Program-made: the position numbers and the translations under genes
NCBI RefSeq assembly: GCF_018977255.1
Contig: NW_024704774.1
Span: 992,001-1,056,000 of the forward strand
Reading direction: 5' to 3'
From: Callorhinchus milii
Taxonomy: Eukaryota
DNA length: 64,000 nt
Part shown: one piece after another, positions 50,778 through 63,153 of the stretch
How the letters are laid out: the number at the start of each line of letters is the position of its first letter
Position numbering within the stretch: the first letter of the stretch is position 1
Notes under the pieces: model-generated
Seen by the model: the letters and a program-made list of their open reading frames with translations, nothing else
Told to the model about the DNA's origin: nothing
Databases searched by the model: none

Positions 50778-53542
50778 GCCGCCTGCAGCCCGAGGATACT
50801 TGAGCAAAACAGCTTTGTCTGTTGACTTATTTGGGGCTTTATAAAATCCCCCAAAATCTCCGGAACAGTTTTAAAATGAACGGACTTTCTGGCAAACGGT
50901 TGTTTGACATGAGCAAAAACTGAATGTCATTTTCATGAATGAAAATGATTACCTTCATTTCTGCTGCTGCAGAATTGCAATCCCACCTTACCCTGCCCTG
51001 AGTATAACTCGTAAAACTATTGTATAATTTATTATTGATTCAACTAAACTTCCTCCCCCCCCACCACCACCACCACCCAAAAAAATAAATCGGTACAAGT
51101 GAAACAAAATGCAGTAGATACTTATGAATGCATGTCTCTACCACTCAATGGTGATGCTTTATAATGCATTCCACCAAGAGAGTGCATTTTAGAGGCTTAG
51201 GCTCCAGAAGCAAATAAATCAACTTCTGGCAGGACCTGGATCCCAGGCTGGAAAACAGTCTCTTTCTCCTCCAGCGCCGCAGTGCTTCCTGCCCTGAAGC
51301 GTTCAGCTTGAAGCTTGCTGTGCCCCCCTGAGCGGGGCTGTGGGGGTGTTCAGTTGAACACAAGCACCTCGCACCTATCTTCACTCCACACAAAACTGCT
51401 ACTCCTATGCCATAATGTCTTAAACTACAGTACCCCCATCCAGTGGGATCCCGATACCTAAATCACAACCAATGAGCAAAGAACACTAAAAAACCCGTGA
51501 TTTACGGTCCACCGGGATGCGTTTGTGATACTGACCAGTATATGGTTTGGTCGGAAGTTACACGCTATGGTTTCAATATTAACCGCTCCCCACCCCCCCC
51601 TCTCTCCCAAAGAAAACTGTTTGAGACTTGATAACAACAACAACTTTCATTTATATAACATCCCTCGCCGCGGGGAAGGGTCGCAGAGCGCTCCACAGTG
51701 AGTGGTGGAGCACAATCACATAGGAGGGTCTCCAGGCGCCACAGGGAGCCAGTGCAGCCTGGCCAGAACTGGGGTAGGAGCTTAGTGTGGATCCACTGGA
51801 TCCTGTGTCTGATGGAACGGGGGAGATCGGTAAAGAAGGCATTTCAATAATCCCAAATCGTTGCACTTTTTTGTTTCAATGCCCCGCACGCTACAATAAG
51901 CAATTATATTATTTCTAAAGATGGAATTTAACGCGCATCTGGAAGAAGCATTGAATAGAAAGCTTATGTAATTGTCATGGGGGAGTGCAATTCGTTTAAC
52001 AGAATCCATTAATTCACTTAGAAACGTAGCTGCCCTTTGACATGTCCAGTTAAAGTGGGTGTATACATATACTCACACACACACACCAAGAGGCATAGTT
52101 ATCAAGAGGCACAAGTTAGAGTTGGATTTTCTAGGGAACTATCAAGTTGTGAAATGGGAATAAAAATAAGCATCAATCACACACAGTGTCACTCATACTT
52201 TGCAAAACCAAGGATAATTCAACAGAGAGAGAGAGAGAGAGAAATACCAACCTGAGTCTGGGCAGGAGACTATCTTGAGTGAACGCATCATCTTCTGGAG
52301 GATCTGGAAATTAACACGGAGGCTCAATTTGACCAGAAAGAACAATGGACATTTTTTACACATGTTTGATCTTTTCAGTTAAATGAAACATTTTGCCACT
52401 GGAATGTACAGTTACACGGTTTGGATTCGGAACAAATAAGAAATACTAAGAAAAAAAGGGCCATGGGCTGTAAGTAAGGGCTTACCTTTGTCACAAGATA
52501 ACACAACAGAACTGAACCGTGTAGGTGAATGGAGCTAAAGTTGGGTGGAATTCAAGTTTCTCCCATCTACACATGCATACATCCCCCCTCTCCAGAACAG
52601 ACAGGTGTTTATATAAGTTGGGTAAGAAAGCACCACCAAAACCATCGGCTGCCTACAGTGTTACATCACTAGCAAGCGAGCATGCCCATGGTTACTTTTT
52701 GACAGCAAGACATACGGATTTATTTCTTTATTGCAAAAGAGAGGTGTATATGCTTCCAACTTATTAATCATTAATGCTATTTTATCAGCAGACTGTAACA
52801 CAAGAACTCCCTGCGTTCCATTACTCGCTCAGTGACATGAGCTAATTTCTCTGTACAGTAATATTCAAGAGCTCATTTGGCGCTTAAAAGCATTAAACAT
52901 AGTAATTACACTACTTGACCCAGTCCCAACATCCCTCAATAATATTACCACCAGGTTCAACTTAATGATGAATTCTGGATTATGGAAACTTGCACTTTAT
53001 AATACTACATGCAGAAAAAGAGGAACGGAGCAGAATATACTGCAATTTAAAAAAAAAAATCATTTGGAGAGGTCCTAACCACCGCGAAAAGAGACAAAGA
53101 TTGGCCGCCCGGCCACTGCGAGGGGAAACATGATGGAGATGTTATTAAGATACCCGCTGTACAGTACTGCACTGTATGTGATTATCTGTACAGACTGGTG
53201 TATGGTTCAATACTGTTGCCATTTTGAAAGTGTTGTGCTGTGCGCAGTGGTGTTGCTGAGGCTGGCTGGCTGGGTTTGAGGGCTCAGGTTTCGATGGGGC
53301 TATTTTAAGGCTGGCTGGCTCCATGATTGTGTACACAGACACTCACCTGGTAACGAGCGACGTCTGCTTTCTCACAGGCACCGCACCAACCCTAGTACAA
53401 GGCATTCTCGGAGCTTAGGTGTACAGGCAGTCAGGTGTGCACACGATATCATATGTTTATCATTCTGTGTGTGTTGGAGCGATTTTTTTTGAAAAAAGGA
53501 TCCATGGAAACCATTCGACGATTGCCCAAAACATGTGCATTG

Positions 53543-54045
53543 TGCACACACACACACACACACCACACACACACTCTCACACTCACTCACTCACACACAC
53601 ACACACTCACTCACACACTCACTCACACACTGCAGCCTTGCTTGTGGCTTTCAAGTGGTTAAGGCAAAGGGAGGCGAGACATCAGATCAGGCCGGGTTGG
53701 AGTTGACATGAATGACAAGCGCACAGACAACACGGTTTCCTTGTGCCGACAGACAAAAAAAAACCTCACACTCACACTCACTCACNNNNNNNNNNNNNNN
53801 NNNNNNNNNNNNNNNNNNNNNNNNNNNNNNNNNNNNNNNNNNNNNNNNNNNNNNNNNNNNNNNNNNNNNNNNNNNNNNNNNNNNNNNNNNNNNNNNNNNN
53901 NNNNNNNNNNNNNNNNNNNNNNNNNNNNNNNNNCCACACAACCCCCCCCACACACAACCCCCCCCATACACACTGTTACACACACTCACACCCCCCCCCA
54001 CACACACACACCCACACCCCCCCCCCCCCCACACACACACACACC
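53543..54045. other. 148-N assembly gap (53786-53933) within (CA)/(CT)/C-rich microsatellite
   Basis: N run flanked by CACACTCA... repeats on the left and CACACCCC repeats on the right. Confidence 0.98.
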
Positions 54046-56509
54046 AGCTTCACTATCACATCAGAAAATAAAGCTGATCCTTAACAGTCAGCCACCTGGG
54101 TTGCGGGCACCGAGGCAGCCGGCGCCTGGTTTCTCAGCACTCTACACGGATTGCTTCCCCAAGTTTACACGCGATCTTGTAGCAGATTTATAAAACGAAG
54201 CTGGGGGGTGTGGGGGGGGGGGGGTGTGGGGGGAATCAACCCCAACCTCTCCTGTTTTAAGCGCCGTCTCTGGGAATGAAGCGGGTTTTACTGATTCGCG
54301 GTCAGACGATCGGCTGTCGTATAAAGTACTGTAATTGGAAACGTGGTGAAAGATATTTGAATCCGACAACAGCGATGCACAGTTTTGCTTGAGAGATTGT
54401 AGTGTAATGTGCTGAAGAAAATCAGTGCCTCAATGGTTTCAGTATATTAAAAATTAACAGTAATCTCCCTCCCTCCCTCCCTCCCCCAGTATTCAAAGGG
54501 TGGTTTACAATACTGTACCAAAAACCTGACACTTTCCCCCCTGTTGCCTAGAACACGCCTCACCCCCTCCTCCCACTCCCCATTTCCTCACTTGCCTTGA
54601 GTAAATGCATCCACAATATTTATAACTTTTCGTGTTCTTCAGCCCATTAATAGATTGCGTGTACTCTCTTACAAAATAGCCGCTATAAAGATAAATTGTG
54701 GGAAAAGTCACGTAACGGTGATAAAGGAAACAGGGGAAAGGGAAACAAACAGCCACTGCTAGTCTGTGAGACTGTTACAGTAGTTGTCTGACAGTGCAGC
54801 CATCTATAAAACATGTCATTCTCAGTTAAAAAGACCAGGCCTTTAGGTATCAAAAACTACAAACTACCTTGCGATTCCTTTCTGCATCCCACGCTAAAAC
54901 TGATGCTTTGATTTTCTTCCTGAAAAGCATAAGGTTTTATGTAATCGTTTAATTTAAACAAAAAAACTGCAATACATTCAATTGCAGAATCACAATGCGA
55001 CCCTCTTATCACCATTGTTATGTAATGGATTACCTTTTATTTTCTAGACATCCTGGTACGCACGTTTCTATGGTGATATTCGCTTATTTTATGAAAGCAG
55101 ATAAATACACACATCTCCAGCACAGGGGCTTTAACAAGCAGCCCAATGTATTATAGTCTGGGTATTCATGGGTGGTGGGACTTGTTTCAGTGCAGTTTAT
55201 TGTATTTTCTTGCTACAAAGAGGACTGCTTACAGCTTGACATGCTTGCCCTGGTCTTCCTCCTATGTAGATACAACAACAACTTGGATTTATATAGCGCC
55301 CTCCACGCCGGACGGCGTCTCAGAGGCTTCACAGTAGCGCTAGATGACCTGGACGACCAAACCACTGTCCTCCACTGTATTATATACAATGGTCTTCAAG
55401 ATCAAAAAAATATGTAGTTTATTTACCCTGACCCCAAATAGATTAATTTACATTTGTTAAATTAACATTTGTTCAATTGAACAGGTCAAATCTGATTTTT
55501 AAGCTTCAATTGAATCTATTGCTTTAACCCCAATTTCTTCCACATTATTTGCTGCTTGACTTTGCCTCTTAAATTTATGGCAATACATTAGGTGCCAGTC
55601 AGTAATTTCATTTAAAGTACAAACACACAGCGTGTGTTAATGAAGTATGACAAAGGCATACTTCATTAACACTCTAGATTTTTGGTAAAATTGGACATCA
55701 CATGTGACTGACACAAAGCAAGCTAAAGGCTTACCCTGAGATGTTCTACAATATCACATCATTAGAAACAAACCACAACCCATTTCAAAGCCAGTTAAAC
55801 CAAGCAATGGTCCATTTCCCAAACAGAAGAGTAATTTGTAAGGAATCTAAATACAGTTCACACAGGTAATCCCAAGAAGGGAATCAGATAAGTACCCATA
55901 TTAGTCGGTTAGGTAGTAAATCTCATTGATACAGTTGCCTCTTGTATGACATTCGTCAAATTTGGGAAAGGGAAATCATCCTAAACTGGACATTGTAACC
56001 ATGAAGTATTAATAGTGCATTGTAGTTAGAACTCAACATGGGAGTTTTTCCCGCATTAAATATGTATAACATTAATGATGCTGTAATTGGTATTTATTTC
56101 AAGTAAGATCTAATTACATTAATGTTCAAGTCAATTTGTGTACATTACACATACTGACTGGAGTTTTTATTAGTTCTATAACATTTTAGCATTCTACACT
56201 TCAACATACTGAAAATAATACTTGTGGATGAATGCAACACAAAATGTTAAGTAATTGGACTATCATTGTTTAGACAAGCCTGAGTCAATTTTTTTTATAT
56301 TTTAATTCAGACATTGGCACTGTTGCAGGATACTTTGTACTATGTACTTTGTCATCTCCAATTCCAACTGCAAATTATCTAACAAATCCTAACCTTAATG
56401 ATCAAACTCAAACTTGACTCATTCATTGTGACATCAAACTACTGTGTCGGCTTATGCTCTTTAAAATGCACTCTATTTATAGGTGTTTGAACATAAAATA
56501 CAAGATACA

Positions 56510-56930
56510 TGGCCCAACAGCTCAACTGATAAAAAGCCATTTCTAGAGTGGGACTAAGCCATAATGAACAGGAAGGTTCCACGTTTGACCCTCAGTCCAT
56601 GTCACTGCCTAACCTAAAACAGGGTAGCTATATGGGTGCTATGGTTGACTACAGTACTTCTGATCAAGGGAGAGAAGAATCAGCCAGCATTCCTGTTCTT
56701 GAACGTTATGAAATGAATGAACCTGCTAGGAAGTGCATATATATTTGGACATCAGTTGAGGCTGGAATTAGTCTAGGGTATCAGATTTCCACAATTGAAT
56801 AACATGGCGACACTGGTTTAGGTTCCTTCATGAAGAATCACCATTTCAATGGGGCACCAGAAATGAACAAACACACAGAATTGTAACCAGCATGAATTAA
56901 TGCTCTAAGGAGCAGAAGGGGAAAATGGGA
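56510..56930 (+). mobile_element. Degenerate ancient SINE remnant (AmnSINE2/MER131-like)
   Basis: GAAGGTTCCACGTTTGACCC..AATCAGCCAGCATTCCTGTTCTTGA..CCTGCTAGGAAGTG..TGGACATCAG..CATGAAGAAT, spanning most of the recalled consensus. Confidence 0.5.
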
Positions 56931-58909
56931 AGTATCTCCCTATACACAAACTTCATCCACAAACTTATCAACAAATTCAATGGCTCTTCTCAAATTGTAG
57001 TGTTTAATTTTTAAACTATTGAAAACATGTTTTATACAATTTATTTTATTAAACGGTATAAGGTGAGAAGTCAAGGAAATTAGTTATGAAGCAACACACA
57101 GTGCTTTCAGGACCAGCAATATTAGTGGTGGACTTCATGCATTCGGTACTGCACCAAATATAGAAACTCAAAGTAGACAAATAACCATTCCAAGCTCTTT
57201 ATCTTGTTTCATTGCACATCTTTCCAACATTTGAAACCATAGGAATACAGTATCATACACTGGACCAAAAAAAGTAGGCAGTGGGCACCTGAGCTTGATT
57301 TAAAGTTGTGAAATTTTAAACTATGAGAACAACTCTTGGTTCCTAACAGTCATCTGACCTAAAATATCTGTCCCTTATAGTCACTGCTTATACAGGATTT
57401 TTTTTGTGTGTGTTTTAAACTATTTTTGGAATGTATGGTTGTTGGTGACAGCTGAAATATGGATTATGTCCTCAAACTATTGTTTACAAAATCAAATCAA
57501 TACTTGGTGACACTGACTAAAGGCTATGAATACAATTTCTAGTTCATTATGGATTACCAGGATTTACCTAAATATATCGTGCAGATTAAATTCAATACTG
57601 CATTAGATACTTTTTTTTAAATCAGAGTAGCCCTGAGTAAATGTTAATCTCAGAGTGATACGAGTGACAGTTTCAATTTAGAATTGAGTTCATACAGAAA
57701 TATCAAAGTTTACTTGATAGAAAGACAATTAAATTAAGAAAGGAATGTTGGCACACATGACATTAGGGATTGCATGATAAATAGTGGTAAATATAGAATT
57801 CTTGGAGCAGTGTATTAATTTGAACCAACTTTAGAAATGAATGAGCCTGTACAGTTTCACTTATCTTCTCTTTGGTTTTAAACACTCATTGGAATTTGCA
57901 ACAAAATACTTAAGTGCAAAAATCTCAATATCTTAATTCTGCATTAGACCTCAGAATAGAGGAACAAACAGAAAAGGGAACAGAAATTACACATTTCTAA
58001 ATGAATATAAATACTGCATAATTATATATTTCTGGATGAAAAAGCATTTTCTGGACAATGGAAAATGTAACTGAAAAGATTAAAAAAAACAGAAATGGGC
58101 AGGAAATTGCTTCAGAACCTCAACAAAAACAACTGACATTTTCCAGTGGCAACATTATAAGCAATTTGTATCTTTGGGAAAAGTTTACCATTAGATTCTC
58201 TGTTGAAGAACTACTCCATTTATTAAATAGAAAATAAGCACAATATTTTGCATTTTTAAACAGAAAGAAATAGTGGCTTTTTTTGTAAATTTGCTTTAAC
58301 CAATTGTGCATTAGATATTCATAGAAAATACATTTTCAAAGGTCATATACTGAATTACAACATGTGTGCAATTTTAAAATCAACATCATAGGGGTTACAT
58401 TGTTTACTGACGACTATAGTTTACTAAATAACATTTTATACATTCAGGATTTTAACATTACTTTTTATTAACATATTTCTTATTCCATTCATCAAAACCT
58501 CTATACAGAATTTCTGTGTAATGCAAATCATGTAATTACCACCTATCATCTTTGCAGATATTTATCAATGGAATATTCAGTTTTCTCCTACTGTTCAGAA
58601 CTGATTTTTTAAAAAACTTTCTTTCATATAAGAAATAAAAGGAGCTTTGAACATGTGAGATTACAGATTCATTGTAATACCAAATTTAGACGCAAAGGCT
58701 TCTGAACATTGAATGCTGCTTCCTGTTTTCAAAATGTTATTTTTCTGACAGAAAACTGCAGAATATAATTCAAGCTTCAAATGTGGATTTGATGAAAAAA
58801 AAACCATAAGAATCCAGGTTCATTCTCTAGTTCAGAATGAAATTTAAGACATAATTCGTTTTTCCTGAATTACTGCAGAATTTTGACTACAAAATACACT
58901 TTAAGGTAA

Positions 58910-59181
58910 AATCCTATGAAGTGTTTTGAGGCATTGACAATGTGATAAAAACACTATATCAAATGCAAGGATTATTTTTATTAACACTTTTCTCAGTATC
59001 ATTAAGATTGCCATTATTCTTTCAATCCTCGACTGTTTGTGGGACACTGCTGTGCGCAATTGGCTGCCGCATTTCGCCCACAAATATACAGTCAATTTAC
59101 TTTAGAGTCTATTCTGTAAAGCGCTTTGAGACGCCTAGAAGTCGTGAAAGGCTTTATACCAAATGCAAGAATTATTATTAT
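58910..59181 (+). mobile_element. Two tandem SINE 3' fragments (58910-58985; 59010-59181)
   Basis: Two successive ..ATATCAAATGCAAG.ATTATT tails; the second includes the Deu-type core. Confidence 0.8.
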
Positions 59182-60833
59182 GGGAGAATTCTCACATGCT
59201 GCATCTAAAATTATACCAACATGACAATTGCAGAATATGTTACAAAGGAGGGTTACAGATGAGTAAAACTAAAGCTTGTTTTTATTTTGAGTAAAAAAGA
59301 AATACAATATTTGAAAAAGCTAATTTCCTTTTTAGCACATTAGCATATGTATGTCTGTTTTGTTTCATATTAACACGTTGTATGTTCCCATTGCAACTTC
59401 CTTACAACACTATTTTTGACAGTGGTTGTAACTATTTGTAACAAGAATCAACTAAATACCATATTGACTGATCCATTGACCTAGGGTCAGAACATTTGCT
59501 TCTAGCTGATTTGATAGTTGATTTAAAATGTTAACTTGCTCTCTGGTAATTTTGTTTTTTTTAAAAATTGAGTACATTGTCTAATCTAATCTCAATCAAT
59601 TTCAAATCAATCTAGACACTAATCAAATGTTTTATTATTAGTTTCTAGATGTTGAATTTTCTTAAATTGTTGCAATATTTATATAATTTACATTTTTAAA
59701 CGATAAGGTGATACTGTTTCATGGAAATACTATTCAATATATCCTGATTTATTAAGTAATATTTGAGAACAAAGAATGTCACTAACTATATACATCAGTA
59801 AAGGACTAAATTTGCATCTAGCAGAATTTTATATTTGTTTTTTTTAAATGTTCAATTGGATACACAGTTGTGATAAGTCTAACTAATTTGGCAAGAAAAC
59901 ATTTATTTTATTATCTATTTTAATAGTATGTTTGTTTGCAAACAAACATACTTTGCTACTTATTTAACTACTTTGATATGTATATACACTATTTGAATTG
60001 GGTTAATACATTTCAACAAGTAGGCAGGATGTGGAAATGTAATCTGGCCAAATCATGCATAATTTTGTACCATTTGCATTCTGGCCTTTCTTCTATCCAG
60101 CTGACTGTCAGGTTTAAATCTTATTGTTGATTGCTATCCTACAAAACAGTATGGTTTGGTTTGTTTAACTGCTGTATGTAACAATATTATCACTGCGCTC
60201 CCTATTTCTTTCCTCTCCAAGAAACAATGATATTAAATGGTAAACATGTGGTTTAATTTATGCATTGGTTGTAGTGACTAAGAGGGGGAAATGGATAAAT
60301 ATCATGAGGCTCAATCATGAATTGGGCAACTCACATGCTTTCAACCTAAATCTTTGAATTTCAAACAAATACAATTCATTCCTTAGGAGTAACAAAATAC
60401 TACTGCCATTTTCTGTAACAAACCTTTGTTTAAAATAAAAATAACAAAAATCCAAATTTTAAACATATACTGACAGTAGAAGCTTGTATAATATCAGAAA
60501 ATCTTAGTGGATGATGCAGCTAAAGTTGTTCAATAGAAGTTTAGATTTGCTGTATTTTTTGAATTGTGCAGAGGTAAATATTTAACAAGCATACATGTAA
60601 ATATTGATTCTGGTTTTAAGTTATAGATTTTTTGAATACAACTCTACTCATCATAATGCTCCAGTTTTTGCAGCAATTGGGGAATAAACATACACTCACT
60701 AATAAGATCTTGCAACAAGACAAGGTTTACATCTTAATTAAGGACACACATTGCAGTGCTAATTTTCCAAACGTTAGTGGTAACAGATTTAAGACATCTG
60801 CAATATGGAATCATATTCATCAGTAGACATGAA

Positions 60834-61430
60834 AATAATAATAATACTTGCATTTGATATAGCACCTGATCACATCTTCGAGATGTTCAAAGCGCTTTAC
60901 AGAATATTCTGTAAAATGAATTGACTGTATATTTTGTTGGCAAAACGCGGCAGCCAATTGCCACAGAAGTGACCCACAAACAGTCATGGCTTGAAGTGAC
61001 CGATTTATTAATTGTTTTGTTTTTTTGAAGGAATTATTACACCCAGAAACATGATCCACTATTTGACTAACAACCGGGTTCCTACTTACTGCTAGCTGAG
61101 AGGCTGAAGGCCCGACACCGATGGTAGGGCGTTGGGGCGGGGGACGTGGAGCAGACCGGAGCCAGAGGAACGGAGGGTACGGGCAGGTAGTAGGGGGATA
61201 GTAAGTTGGAGAGGGAGGAGGGAGCGAGGCCGGGAATGGCCTTGTAGGTGAGGATGAGGATCTTGAAATCGATCCTCTGGGGGATGGGGAGCCAGTGGAG
61301 GCGAGCGAGGGTAGGAGTGATGTGGTCCCGAAGCCTGGTGCGGGACAGTACACGAGCTGCAGAGTTCTGAATGACATAATTCTGAACAACATAATTGTGA
61401 GGCGAGGATTTAGTCTGTGGGAGTTGGGGC
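60834..61430 (-). mobile_element. L2 ORF2 fragment (61430-61094) fused to the 3' part of a long-form SINE (61097-60834)
   Basis: Minus strand IQNSAARVLSRTRLRDHITPTLARLHWLPIPQRIDFKILILTYKA...GCCTTCAGCCTCTCAGCT runs directly into AGCAGTAAGTAGGAACCCGGTTGTTAG and the SINE tail. Confidence 0.85.
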
Positions 61431-62143
61431 TTCATTATTTGTACCGTCACAGTGACTGACAGCGGGTTGTGTTACTGTACTCTGAGCCTCAGGTGATATA
61501 AGCCACTGGGAACCACAACACATTATTATTACAATCATTGCATTACTTCAAGTTTGGCATCGAATATGAAGGCAGAGTTGAACTATGGCCCCGTGGCCTC
61601 TAGAGGGAGACTCGTTACCATTATTTACCAAGTAATGATGCGAAAGTTTTTGTCAACTAAAATAATGATATTATACATTTTTGAAGTGTTTACTTTTTTT
61701 GGAGGTCAACAAATGCCTGTACCGTTCAGCACACTTAAGAGTCTCCAAACCAAGCTGAGACTTTCATGTATTCCACCTGAACTTGGAATTCCCAGAGAAC
61801 GGTTGCCATAATGGAATGCAAACTATCTGCCTGGAGAGACATATCCTGCATAATTAGTTCCGGAAAATACTAGTTGCTGGGTGGCAAGAGCCAAGGATTG
61901 GGGACACCTCAGTGTGTGATGGGTGTCTACTGGAATCCATTTAGTTAAAACCACAAAGATTGGAATTGACATGGCTGACTGGCAAGCTTTCCCGCTGTTG
62001 GTCCAGCTATCACCATCTTTCTCGTTAGAACTTTATCTTGCAGGATTAACAAGAGCTGAGTGGGAGGATTCCCTGCCCCCAGTGACTGGTGAAAGCCGTT
62101 GTATGAAAGCAATTCGTTGTTGTATTGAAACGCGGCTGAGATG

Positions 62144-62180
62144 CCAATGAGGTGACGTGAGACTGTGGCTCCGCCAATGC
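62144..62180 (+). promoter_or_regulatory. TCR V promoter: CRE-like TGACGTGA between two CCAAT boxes
   Basis: CCAAT 62144-62148, TGACGTGA 62153-62160, CCAAT 62174-62178, about 70-100 bp upstream of the leader ATG. CRE-like motifs are typical of TCR V promoters, and no Ig octamer lies nearby. Confidence 0.6.
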
Positions 62181-62247
62181 CGACAATCACTGCGGGTTAT
62201 CAGCAAACTGATGGCACAGACACAACCACACAGACTGAAGAGCAGCA

Positions 62248-62293
62248 ATGAGGCTGTTTGCTGTCTGTCTTTTGCTGGGAACCTTTATGTCAG
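62248..62293 (+). CDS. T-cell receptor V segment leader exon (L-part 1)
   Basis: ATG...TCA G/GTGAGG; 46 nt, phase 1; MRLFAVCLLLGTFMS is a hydrophobic signal peptide; in frame with the V exon. Confidence 0.9.
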
Positions 62294-62329
62294 GTGAGGT
62301 CAAGTTGAGCTAATTCCGCGTTGTTGCTG

Positions 62330-62720
62330 AATGATAGCTCCATTCTCACAACAATGGGTGGAAGGAAACCTTATGTAAGTTTCCTTACTCGAAACATAAG
62401 CCTCTGTTTATCTAACATTAATGGGAACTCCGTTGTTTTATAAGCCGGGGCTAAACACCCGTCCAAGTATTAATAGTTTCTGAATCCAAACGTTTTTCGT
62501 GGAAAGGTGTGACTTCCATTACAGATTCAATAGTACATTAACAAAATTAAATAGTAATTTGGAAACCGATTCTACGACTATGTGCGAGAAACTGCTGTGC
62601 CAACTTTGCCCTCAAAAATACACAGCAGTTCACTTTATGGTCTATTCTGTGTGAAACATACAAACATCTCAACCACGTGCTAATGTACTATATGAAACAT
62701 GTTGATGATTTTTATTTGAT
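62330..62720 (+). mobile_element. Old degenerate long-form SINE inside the leader-V intron
   Basis: AAACCTTATGTAAGTTTCCTTACTC..CCTCTGTTTATCTAACA..GGAACTCCGTTGTT..CTACGACT..ACTGCTGTGC..TTCACTTTATGGTCTATTCTGTG. Confidence 0.6.
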
Positions 62721-62840
62721 TCTTGACAAACGTAATGTTTATAGCGCGTTTCTTGTCCGGAAGAAATTCCAAGGCGATGGAAAAATAAGTCAGCCAACGA
62801 GTGAATGCAAAATTTTCGTGCTGTTCCTCCTTTATTACAG

Positions 62841-63153
62841 ATCTCTGTGACGGGGCCTCTGTCAGTCAGAAAGCTGTCCCGATGGTTAGGAAAGAAGGAG
62901 AAACTGTGACTTTTGAATGTACTTATTCCACTTCATATAGCTCTTACAATCTCTGCTGGTTCCGACGTTACCCAGGCAACCAGCCGGAGTTTATCGTTCG
63001 AAGATATTCTCGGGATGACAATCAGTACAAAGGAACAGGATTTGGAAACCGTTTCTCTGCTCAGCTGCAGAAATCCAAGTCATTCACCAGTTTATCCATC
63101 TCTGAGCTGGTGGTGTCTGACAGCGCTGTGTATTACTGTGCCTTTATTCACAC
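62841..63153 (+). CDS. Unrearranged T-cell receptor alpha/delta-type variable (V) exon
   Basis: Acceptor TTTATTACAG/. Translates DLCDG-ASVSQKAVPMVRKEGETVTFECTYSTSYSSYNLCWFRRYPGNQPEFIVRRYSRDDNQYKGTGFGNRFSAQLQKSKSFTSLSISELVVSDSAVYYCAFIH. Canonical Cys, Trp and D-x-A-x-YYC; no stops; TRAV/TRDV-like frameworks. Confidence 0.95.

Noticed and set aside
50338-50844. Long Pro/Ala/Gly-rich ORFs on both strands (115-153 aa)
   Set aside because: Artefacts of the stop-free GC-rich VNTR.
14021-51700. Other CACAGTG/CACTGTG heptamers (e.g. 11249, 14021, 15114, 20739, 35262, 46159, 51694)
   Set aside because: No nonamer at 12- or 23-bp spacing, and no adjacent V, D or J coding sequence.
53341-53420. Minus-strand donor CAG/GTGAGT at ~53347 as a coding upstream LIN28B exon
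   Set aside because: The phase-1 frame has an upstream stop and no ATG; it could only be non-coding, and there is no further support.
53687-54193. ORFs spanning the N run
   Set aside because: Made of Ns and microsatellite; not interpretable.
49500-62000. HACE1 exon 1 or other protein-coding exons
   Set aside because: No MERAMEQLNRL-like frame or other recognisable coding exon on either strand.
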